This document shows, one piece after another, positions 1 through 7,422 of a stretch of 64,000 nt of DNA. Source of the DNA: SAR202 cluster bacterium (lineage in GTDB: Bacteria; Chloroflexota; Dehalococcoidia; Lucifugimonadales; GCA-2719675); assembly GCA_009392295.1 (NCBI GenBank), contig VFGW01000008.1, positions 138,842 to 202,841 of the forward strand, in the 5' to 3' direction. The first letter of the stretch is position 1. Each line of letters opens with the position of its first letter. Both the position numbers and the translations under genes were made by a program. The notes below the pieces were generated by a model that did not search any database, was not told the DNA's origin, and saw nothing but the letters and a program-made list of their open reading frames with translations.

Positions 1-1
1 T

Positions 2-562
2 CCATGGCTGATAGTTTTATTGGCATTGTACGCTTTTGGAGTGATAGAAGAAATTACAGGTAGCGTTGTTATACTTGTTGTGGTTGCTCCAAGGTACCTT
101 GAGACTAAAAGAACATTTTATGCGATATCAAAAAATTCTTTAGTTTACCAAAGGGGAGGCTTGTTTGGTTCTCAAAGGTTTTTATTCCCATTTTCTAATA
201 TGAGAGATGTCAAAGTTAGAAATGGTATCTTAGGAAGACCTCTAGGGTATCAATCTGTAGATGTATATCTAGACAAAGGAGCTGTAGCTACATTGAATTA
301 TATATCTCCAAATTCTAATGCTTTTGACTTGCTGGATAAAGGAATCAGTGAATTTTCATCTAAAGATACAATTGAAGAAAGCGATGAAGATGAGTATCAA
401 TATGTTTGTTCAAAGTGTGACGCTGAAGTTGAAGAAAATCAAAAATTTTGTCCTGAATGTGGTAATGAAATAGAGAAAGATGTTTGTTCAAAGTGTGACG
501 CTGAAGTTGAAGAAAATCAAAAATTTTGTCCTGAATGTGGTAATGATTTGAAAAATAGTTAG
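2..562 (+). CDS. Membrane protein with a YdbS/YdbT-like bacterial PH domain (bPH_2) and two C-terminal zinc ribbons. The 5' end probably lies upstream of the window.
   Basis: The frame is open to the window edge. A hydrophobic N-terminus is followed by a PH-like core (YAISKNSLVYQRGGLFGSQRFLFPFSNMRDVKV). Two CSKCDAEVEENQKFCPECGN modules follow. Confidence 0.6.
   Translation, partial: PWLIVLLALYAFGVIEEITGSVVILVVVAPRYLETKRTFYAISKNSLVYQRGGLFGSQRFLFPFSNMRDVKVRNGILGRPLGYQSVDVYLDKGAVATLNYISPNSNAFDLLDKGISEFSSKDTIEESDEDEYQYVCSKCDAEVEENQKFCPECGNEIEKDVCSKCDAEVEENQKFCPECGNDLKNS
402..546 (+). repeat. Perfect 67-bp direct repeat (402-468 and 480-546, period 78 bp) inside the CDS. It duplicates the zinc-ribbon module.
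   Basis: I compared the two stretches atgtttgttcaaagtgtgacgctgaagttgaagaaaatcaaaaattttgtcctgaatgtggtaatga by eye and found them identical. Confidence 0.9.
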
Positions 563-571
563 GCATAAGAT

Positions 572-1861
572 ATGCGCCCGTCGAAAAAAGTAGTTTTAGC
601 CAGTCAAATTATTGATGGGACTAGCATGGATCCTTTAAAAGACCATGCTGTTTTAATTGAAGGATCTAATATAGTAAAAATTGCTAAAAAGATCGAAATA
701 TTTCAAATTGTTGAAAATCAAGAATATGATTTGTTAGATTATACAGGTTTTGTTTTGATTCCCGGTATGGTAGATTGTCACACTCATCACAATGGTTTTG
801 GAGATGGTAGATTGGGGGATGAAATTGCTAAAATTCCTGACGAAATTCTTACTTTGAAATCTGCAAGCAATGCAAGAGTTGCACTTTTTTCGGGTATTAC
901 AACAATTAGGGAAAATGGTCCTAAAAATAAGACGATGTTTCGTCTTAGGGATTCAATTCAAAGTGGAAAAGAAATTGGTCCTAGGATGAATTTATGTGGT
1001 AGTCCTGTCTCTATAATTGGTGGACATATGGGGTATTTTGGAGGAGAAGTTACAGGGGTTTTTGAAGTGACTCGCTACGTTAGGTCTTTGATTAAAGAAG
1101 GTGCTGATTATATTAAAATTACTCAAACTGGGGGTACTACTAAAACTTCTTCTCCTCTATTGCCCGCATTCAATCTAGATGAACTTGAGGCAATTACAAA
1201 AGAGGCTAAAAAATTCGGAAAATTAACTGCAACTCATTGTCTCTCTACCGAAGGTATAATTAATTCTTTAGATACTGGAGTAGACATGGTAATTCATGGA
1301 GTTTTTAAAGAGCCAGATGGGACAGATAAATTTAGAGAAGATGTTGCAGAAAGGTTAGCTGAATCACGGGCTTTTGTTAATCCAACTCTACATGTTTTTC
1401 GAGCTCGAGCATGGGAGATGGAAAAATTAGGATTGCAAAGGAAGCTAACAAAAAATGAAATAAAATTATTTGATCAACATAGAAGAAATTTTGATCAAAG
1501 GTTGATTGATTGCTCTAAAATGATTGAAATGGGAGTAAAAGTTATTACAGGTTCAGATTCATCTTGGGGGGATTATAAGTTGGGTAATACTATTCATGAA
1601 ACAGAATGTATTAATATGGCGGGATATTCAAATTTCCAAAGTTTTCAATCAGTAACATTGGAAGCAGCTAAGGCCTTAGATATGGACAATTCAGTTGGTT
1701 CTTTGGAGGTTGGTAAAAAAGCAGACATGGTTGTGATTAAAGGTGACCCACTTGAAGATATTGGGAATTTAAGAAATGTTTTCGAAGTAATTTTTAATGG
1801 AGAAATTATTAATCGAGGATCAAAAGATTCAAATATGAGTTATATACAATCTCCTCCATAA
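572..1861 (+). CDS. Metal-dependent amidohydrolase (COG1228, imidazolonepropionase/prolidase-like family).
   Basis: Motifs seen: HxH (PGMVDCHTHH), a lysine region (ADYIKITQTGG), ATHC, VIHG and GSDS. Confidence 0.8.
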   Translation: MRPSKKVVLASQIIDGTSMDPLKDHAVLIEGSNIVKIAKKIEIFQIVENQEYDLLDYTGFVLIPGMVDCHTHHNGFGDGRLGDEIAKIPDEILTLKSASNARVALFSGITTIRENGPKNKTMFRLRDSIQSGKEIGPRMNLCGSPVSIIGGHMGYFGGEVTGVFEVTRYVRSLIKEGADYIKITQTGGTTKTSSPLLPAFNLDELEAITKEAKKFGKLTATHCLSTEGIINSLDTGVDMVIHGVFKEPDGTDKFREDVAERLAESRAFVNPTLHVFRARAWEMEKLGLQRKLTKNEIKLFDQHRRNFDQRLIDCSKMIEMGVKVITGSDSSWGDYKLGNTIHETECINMAGYSNFQSFQSVTLEAAKALDMDNSVGSLEVGKKADMVVIKGDPLEDIGNLRNVFEVIFNGEIINRGSKDSNMSYIQSPP

Positions 1862-1895
1862 ATAATTAGATTGTTTAAAAGAAAGTTAACAGATT

Positions 1896-3161
1896 ATGAT
1901 AGACAATAATTACGATTTTACTTTGATTAAAGCAGGGTTGCTTGTTGATGGAAATGGAGGAAATAATTTACATAAAGCTTCAGTTTTAATACAGAATGGA
2001 GTAATTAAATTCGTTGGCAATCAAGAATCAGTCGTAGCCCCTGAAGGAGCATCTGTCAAAGTCTTAGACTATGGAGATAAGACCATTTTGCCAGGGTTAA
2101 TTGACTGCCATGTACATTTAAATGGAATAGGAGATGGTCGTGTTGGTAATGATTTAGTAACTTTGCCTGATGAGGTTTTAACTTTACAGTCTGCAAAAAA
2201 TGCTAGGAAACATTTATATTCTGGGGTGACAACTGTGAGGGATTGTGGGGCAAAAAACAATACAACATTTATGCTTAGAAAAGCTGTTGAAATGGGAATA
2301 ACTATATCCCCAAGATTAATATTAACTGGAAGGCCTATAAGTATTGTTGGGGGCCATTTAGGATATTTTGGTGAAGAAGCCACTGGAGAAGTTGAGTGTG
2401 TTAAGTCTGTTAGAAAATTGATTAAACAAGGAGCAGATTTTATTAAGATTACTGCCACAGGAGGAAGCACAATTACTTCCTTACCATTTAGGCCTTCATT
2501 TACAAAAAAAGAAATTCAAGCAATTACTTTTGAAGCGCATAAAATGGGTAAACACGTGGCTGCTCATTGCTCGTCAAGCGAAGGTATAATTAATTCATTA
2601 GATTCAGGTGTAGATACAATAATCCATGGTTATCATGTCGAATCTGATGAAACATTTAATTATCGACCTGAAATAACTGAAAAGTTTATTAAAAACGGAG
2701 CTTTTTTGAATCCAACATTATTTCAAGGTAGAAAGACGGTTGAAGTACTCGAACTTAAACAAAATCAAGGTTATTTGACTAGAATAGAGAGTGAGATGTT
2801 AGAAACCGCAAAATATAGAAACGAGAAAATTTCAGAAATTGTTTCGAAAATGGTGTCTGATGGCGTGCAACTTGCGTGTGGATCTGATGCATCTTGGACT
2901 TATTATAAAACCGGTGATTTTCAGTCAGAAATTTTTGCTCATGTTAGTGTTGGATTATCGCCAATGCAAGCTATAGTAAGTGCTACTAAAGATTCAGCTA
3001 GGTCATGTTGGATTGATGATAAATTGGGGACATTATCGGAGAACAAAATTGCTGATATTTTAGTTGTTGATGGAGACCCTACTGAAGATATAAATAATTT
3101 AAGAAATGTTGTGGATGTCATTAGTAATGGCGAAGTGGTTGACAGGGAAAATTTTATTTAA
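1896..3161 (+). CDS. Metal-dependent amidohydrolase, tandem paralogue of 572-1861.
   Basis: Motifs seen: PGLIDCHVHL, ADFIKITATGG, AAHC, IIHG and GSDAS. It is collinear with the upstream paralogue. Confidence 0.8.
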   Translation: MIDNNYDFTLIKAGLLVDGNGGNNLHKASVLIQNGVIKFVGNQESVVAPEGASVKVLDYGDKTILPGLIDCHVHLNGIGDGRVGNDLVTLPDEVLTLQSAKNARKHLYSGVTTVRDCGAKNNTTFMLRKAVEMGITISPRLILTGRPISIVGGHLGYFGEEATGEVECVKSVRKLIKQGADFIKITATGGSTITSLPFRPSFTKKEIQAITFEAHKMGKHVAAHCSSSEGIINSLDSGVDTIIHGYHVESDETFNYRPEITEKFIKNGAFLNPTLFQGRKTVEVLELKQNQGYLTRIESEMLETAKYRNEKISEIVSKMVSDGVQLACGSDASWTYYKTGDFQSEIFAHVSVGLSPMQAIVSATKDSARSCWIDDKLGTLSENKIADILVVDGDPTEDINNLRNVVDVISNGEVVDRENFI

Positions 3162-3169
3162 AATGATTT

Positions 3170-3889
3170 TTATTTTCGTGCAATTCTAGCCAATATTAGT
3201 CCTAATTCGAACATTACAATGATTGGTATTGCTACTAGTATTTGATTTATTGGATCTATAGTTGGTGTAATTATTGCTGATAAGACAAAAGCAAATACGA
3301 TTGCATATCTCCGATTTTTCGATAGAGTTTTGTGAGATATTAATCCGATTTTCGATAAAAAGAACATTATAAGAGGAGTTTCAAAAATCAATCCTATCCA
3401 AAAAATTAGTCTAACAACTAAATTTATATAATTTCCAATACTTATAAATGGTGAAGCTATATTGTCACCAAATGTAAGTAAAAAATTTATAGAAGGCGGG
3501 AGTAGTATAAAGTATGTAAAAGCTGCTCCAGATAGGAAGCCCAACAGGCTGAAAGGTGCTAAAAAGTATAAATATTTTTTTTCTTTAGATGTTAAACCTG
3601 GAGCTGAAAACATGATTGTTTGATAAAGAATGAATGGGAGAGAAATTATTAATCCGCTTAGAAGCGAAACTTTCATAGCTATCCCAATGAATTCTGTTAA
3701 TGATGTATATATGGGTTTTTGGGCTGGTATTTCTTCAAATCCTGCAGCAGGCAACATTAAAGTTGTTAGAATTTGTTGATGAAAAATAAAACAAATTATT
3801 GTTGCTAAAAACAAAAAAACAGAGATTTTTATTAGCCTTGATTTTAGCTCGGATAGATGTTCAATAAATGTTGATTTGTTTTTGTTCAA
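3170..3889 (-). CDS. tatC: Twin-arginine translocase subunit TatC.
   Basis: The N-terminus FIEHLSELKSRLIK is typical of TatC. The protein is about 240 aa with six predicted TM helices and sits next to tatA. Confidence 0.9.
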   Translation of the reverse strand: MNKNKSTFIEHLSELKSRLIKISVFLFLATIICFIFHQQILTTLMLPAAGFEEIPAQKPIYTSLTEFIGIAMKVSLLSGLIISLPFILYQTIMFSAPGLTSKEKKYLYFLAPFSLLGFLSGAAFTYFILLPPSINFLLTFGDNIASPFISIGNYINLVVRLIFWIGLIFETPLIMFFLSKIGLISHKTLSKNRRYAIVFAFVLSAIITPTIDPINQILVAIPIIVMFELGLILARIARK

Positions 3890-3913
3890 ATGAAACTCTA
3901 AATATCAAGAATT

Positions 3914-4180
3914 TTAATGGTTGGGATTTTTATTTTCGTCTGATTTTACAGATTTATTCTTTGCTTCGTCGATAGTATATGTTGATTCATCATTATGAAT
4001 TGAAGCGGCATCATCAGGATCTAAATTAATTTTTTCTATATTATTTATATATCCAATTATTTCCTTGTAAATTTTTACTACACTTTTAATAGTTTGGATT
4101 ATTTTTTCTGGCCCAAGTATGATGATTGCTACTGAAAGAATTACTAAAATTTCTATTGGACCTATTCCGATGAAATTCAT
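3914..4180 (-). CDS. tatA: Tat translocase TatA/TatB-family protein.
   Basis: MNFIGIGPIEILVILSVAIIILGPEKI gives a TM helix followed by the hinge. The ORF track starts 3 codons earlier at a GTG. I prefer the ATG. Confidence 0.75.
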   Translation of the reverse strand: MNFIGIGPIEILVILSVAIIILGPEKIIQTIKSVVKIYKEIIGYINNIEKINLDPDDAASIHNDESTYTIDEAKNKSVKSDENKNPNH

Positions 4181-4394
4181 TGCTACCACTTTTTAATGAT
4201 TTAATTAATTTTTCTCAACTCTCATATTACTATAATAGTGACCCTCAGAAAACTCTTCTAATTAACATGTTACTTTTATAAATTTATATTTTTTGTTTTT
4301 TGTAGTTTAGTGTATAAATATTTTTGTTTTAGTTTTTTGTATCTGATATAGTTAGATATTAATTTATTATATTCAAGTTTTATTTGGAGTTTTT

Positions 4395-5267
4395 GTGACT
4401 ACAAGAAAGTTGCCCGATTGGTTTAAGGTTAAAGCACCTTCCAGTAAGAATTTTATAGAGTTACGTAATTTGTTTCGTGAGAATGAATTACATACAGTTT
4501 GTGAGGAAGCTAAATGCCCTAATATTGGTGGTTGTTGGGATAGAAAAACTGCAACATTCATGATACTGGGAGATGTATGTACAAGGGCATGTGCGTATTG
4601 TGCTGTAAAAACGGGGAAACCAATTGGTTTGGATTTAACAGAACCAACTAGGTTAGCCCAGTCTGTTAAGAAAATGGGTTTAAAATATGTAGTTATCACC
4701 TCGGTAAACAGGGATGATTTGCCTGATGGAGGTTCTTTTATATTTTCTCAATGTGTTAAGAAGGTCAGAAAAGAAGTAAAGGATTGTAAAATAGAGGTGT
4801 TGATTCCTGATTTTCAAGGAAATATGGATTCATTAATGACTATTTTAGGATCAAAACCGGACACGTTAAACCATAATATTGAAAGTGTTAGGCGAATTTT
4901 CCCAAGAGTTAGACCACAGGGAGATTTTGATCAATCTTTGAAACTTTTAGGTGATTCAAAAGAGATTGATTCAAGTATTGTTACAAAGTCAGGAATGATG
5001 GTTGGTTTGGGTGAAACTTGGGATGAGATACTAGAAACAATGCAGGAACTTAGAGCTGTGAAATGTGATGCTTTAACTATTGGTCAATATTTAAGACCAA
5101 GTGAAAAACATGTTGCTTTATCCAAATGGTATACTCCTGAAGAATTTTCTGAATTACAAGATATTGGTTATAAATTAGGGTTTAGTCATGTTTTTGCAGG
5201 TCCTCTTGTTAGAAGTTCTTACCACGCTGCCGAACAGCATGATGCTGCAATTAAAGGTATGGTATAA
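4395..5267 (+). CDS. lipA: Lipoyl synthase.
   Basis: It has the radical-SAM CAYCAV (CxxxCxxC) motif and the N-terminal CEEAKCPNIGGC cluster motif. GGAG lies 5 nt before the GTG start. Confidence 0.95.
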   Translation: MTTRKLPDWFKVKAPSSKNFIELRNLFRENELHTVCEEAKCPNIGGCWDRKTATFMILGDVCTRACAYCAVKTGKPIGLDLTEPTRLAQSVKKMGLKYVVITSVNRDDLPDGGSFIFSQCVKKVRKEVKDCKIEVLIPDFQGNMDSLMTILGSKPDTLNHNIESVRRIFPRVRPQGDFDQSLKLLGDSKEIDSSIVTKSGMMVGLGETWDEILETMQELRAVKCDALTIGQYLRPSEKHVALSKWYTPEEFSELQDIGYKLGFSHVFAGPLVRSSYHAAEQHDAAIKGMV

Positions 5268-5269
5268 AA

Positions 5270-6136
5270 CTAAACTTTATATCTATCTAGTATAGATTTT
5301 GCTAATTTGTAGTTTCTTTTTCCTTTTTTGAAGAATGATGGGACTAAATAAATTGATTTGTAGCCTTCTGATATGAAATTTTCTAGGATTTCTTGGGAAA
5401 TAGAAAATCCATCTCTGCCTTTTTCAAGATCAGTCTGTATCCATTCAGGAATTTCTGAGAAAGACAAACTGTTTTTTTCTAATATTTGTAACCCCCAAAA
5501 GATTGGTATATTAATTTCTTCAAGATAAGAATTACGATACAACTCGAGGAATTGAGTTAATAAATCAGGTTTAAATATAGGTTGAAGAATTAAAAAATCT
5601 GCACCAGATTCAATTTTTGAAAGGGTGAGTTTTTTTTCTTGAATTAAGTTTTTTGATAAATCAATTGTTGCACCAACAGTAAAATTAGTTTTGGATTTGA
5701 GGTGTTTGTTTTTGAAATCTTTTCCTTCGTTCAAGTTTTTGATTGATAAAATTGTTTTTGTTGTAGAGATATCATTTACTTCGCTCATAATTTTTTTTTC
5801 GGATTTATTTAATGGGTCTCCTCTAAGTACAATCACATTATCAAGTCCTAGTAAATTTGCACCTATTAAATGACTTTGTATGCTTAGGGTATTCATATCG
5901 CGAGTTGCTAAGGTGAATATAACATTTTTTTGGTACTTTTTTTTGATTAAAAATGCTGTGAAAGCAGAGTTTGCTCCCACAGATTTACCTGGATTATATG
6001 CAACTGAAATATAATCGGCAGATAATTCCTCAACTTGGCTTATCAGGCTAGGATCACTACCTTTTGGTGGAGAAAAATCACAAATAAATTTAATATTTTG
6101 CGAATTGTCTTTTTTGTTTTTTCCAAAGTGATTCAT
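5270..6136 (-). CDS. Methylenetetrahydrofolate reductase (MetF-like) family protein.
   Basis: CDFSPPKG, ISVAYNPG, VLRGDP and GADFLILQPIF align with the MetF blocks FEFFPPR, VSVTYGA, ALRGD and AITQ. Confidence 0.6.
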   Translation of the reverse strand: MNHFGKNKKDNSQNIKFICDFSPPKGSDPSLISQVEELSADYISVAYNPGKSVGANSAFTAFLIKKKYQKNVIFTLATRDMNTLSIQSHLIGANLLGLDNVIVLRGDPLNKSEKKIMSEVNDISTTKTILSIKNLNEGKDFKNKHLKSKTNFTVGATIDLSKNLIQEKKLTLSKIESGADFLILQPIFKPDLLTQFLELYRNSYLEEINIPIFWGLQILEKNSLSFSEIPEWIQTDLEKGRDGFSISQEILENFISEGYKSIYLVPSFFKKGKRNYKLAKSILDRYKV

Positions 6137-6250
6137 ACTATAGACTATAGCATAAATTGGAGATATTATTTTTCAAAATAAAACCTTGATATCTGAAGAA
6201 AAAGAATTCAAGATATCTATGATTTAAATTATTTTAATAGCTTTAAACTA

Positions 6251-6685
6251 CTATCTCCAGCCCAGAACACCACGATGGTTAGGAATCAAAGACAACCTAT
6301 GTCCGCTTGGACATTTATATCTTTGTTCTCTCATGTCTGGTCTTTTTCCAGACAAAGATGTTTGGTCCATATGTTCTTCACAAAACGGACACTTTACATC
6401 GTAAACCACTTTATGACCAGATCTCACTAATTTTACGTGAGCCAGAGTGTTAGCCAAGTTGGCAAATTCTCCAGAATATCTGATGATAAATCTTGTGGCT
6501 GTACTCAAGATACCTCGCTTGTTTTTAGGTAATTTAGCTTGAGTATAGGAATATTCAGCGTATCCGCAGTTTAAACATTCTGGTTCATAATCACCCATAA
6601 AAAGTTTCGAGTCACATCTTTTACAATGTGTATTTTTATCAGTAATCACCGAATGCGACGTATTCGCTCTTACAGCAATGACCAT
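6251..6685 (-). CDS. Hypothetical basic protein with two zinc-ribbon motifs.
   Basis: It contains CKRC-x11-CLNC and CPFC-x22-CPSGH. GGAGG lies 6 nt upstream of the ATG. I do not recognise the family. Confidence 0.6.
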   Translation of the reverse strand: MVIAVRANTSHSVITDKNTHCKRCDSKLFMGDYEPECLNCGYAEYSYTQAKLPKNKRGILSTATRFIIRYSGEFANLANTLAHVKLVRSGHKVVYDVKCPFCEEHMDQTSLSGKRPDMREQRYKCPSGHRLSLIPNHRGVLGWR

Positions 6686-6900
6686 TTCCAGCCTCCAAAT
6701 TATTTAATCGCTCATGCGAATTTTGGTAGGTGGCATTTTTCACATATCAACCATTCAACACTCGTTTTCGCAATGTTTTGCAATGTATTTGTAGTAAAGC
6801 TATACAAAGCATTTATTGTTAATAAAAACAAGTAAAAACGTATTTTTATGGGAATCATACCCCCAAAGCACACAGAGATTTTCGGACAAATATAAAAATT

Positions 6901-6958
6901 TGTCAATATATATATTGGAAAAATATAATATTTTATAAAAAATATATATATATTGACG
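6901..6958. repeat. Imperfect inverted repeat in the long intergenic spacer. Each arm carries a TTGAC(A/G) hexamer facing outward.
   Basis: The left arm tgtcaatatatatatt (6901-6916) matches the reverse complement of the right arm aatatatatatattgacg (6941-6958). The match has one mismatch at the outer end and a 2-nt (AT) length difference. Confidence 0.6.
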
Positions 6959-7105
6959 ATAAAGATGAAATATTAAAGAATTTGCAAATTCTTTTTATTA
7001 TTTAGTAACTTTAAAATGTATTTTAGTTTTTTTAACAATTTTTTAGCCGTTTTTAGTTCCAATAGTAAACTTACTAGTTAACTATATTTTTAGTACATGG
7101 TAAAA

Positions 7106-7135
7106 TTGAGTTCGATAATGTAATTTTATTATAGT
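7106..7135 (+). promoter_or_regulatory. Candidate sigma-70-type promoter for rpsU.
   Basis: TTGAGT, an 18-bp spacer, then TATAGT. This ends about 27 nt before the rpsU start, with AGGAGG at 7152-7157. It is a motif match only. Confidence 0.3.
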
Positions 7136-7162
7136 CAAAGATTTTAATTTTAGGAGGAACCG

Positions 7163-7351
7163 TTGTCATTTGTGATGCTACGTGATGGAGAAGATGGGGA
7201 AGGATTGCTTAAAAGATTTCAAAGTTCTATGCAGAGATCTGGTGTTATGAAAGAACTCAGAAATCGTCGTTATTTTAGATCTAGGGGTGAACAGGTTCGT
7301 TTGGATAGAGCTAGAAGTTTACGTCGATTGAGAAGGCGAAGATTTAAGTAA
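7163..7351 (+). CDS. rpsU: 30S ribosomal protein S21.
   Basis: LLKRFQSSMQRSGVMKELRNRRYF plus a basic tail matches the S21 pattern. The TTG start lies 5 nt after AGGAGG. Confidence 0.9.
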   Translation: MSFVMLRDGEDGEGLLKRFQSSMQRSGVMKELRNRRYFRSRGEQVRLDRARSLRRLRRRRFK

Positions 7352-7422
7352 TTGTAATCAACATAAAAACCCTTTTTATTATTAAGATTTTTTAGTTTAG
7401 TTTTTAGAAAGTGAGTTTTTTG

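Noticed and set aside
2069-2470. A 133-aa ORF antisense to the second amidohydrolase. Similar antisense or shadow ORFs lie at 360-566, 2939-3121, 4373-4699, 13759-15732, 26596-26892, 30296-31414, 36933-37193, 40807-41103 and 47232-47592.
   Set aside because: Each lies fully inside a well-supported gene on the other strand. They have low-complexity, Ser/Ile/Phe-rich translations, no RBS and no recognisable motifs. They look like frame shadows.
4190-4394. Recurring TTTTTGT/TTTTAG-like T-tract motifs in the divergent tatA-lipA spacer.
   Set aside because: This is low-complexity AT-rich promoter DNA. I could define no consistent period or inverted symmetry, so I make no element call.
6626-6906. 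Two small ORFs (69 aa on the plus strand, 64 aa on the minus strand) in the long spacer upstream of the zinc-ribbon gene.
   Set aside because: They have no Shine-Dalgarno sequence and odd composition. One overlaps the start of the zinc-ribbon gene, and both overlap each other. I treat the region as non-coding and regulatory.
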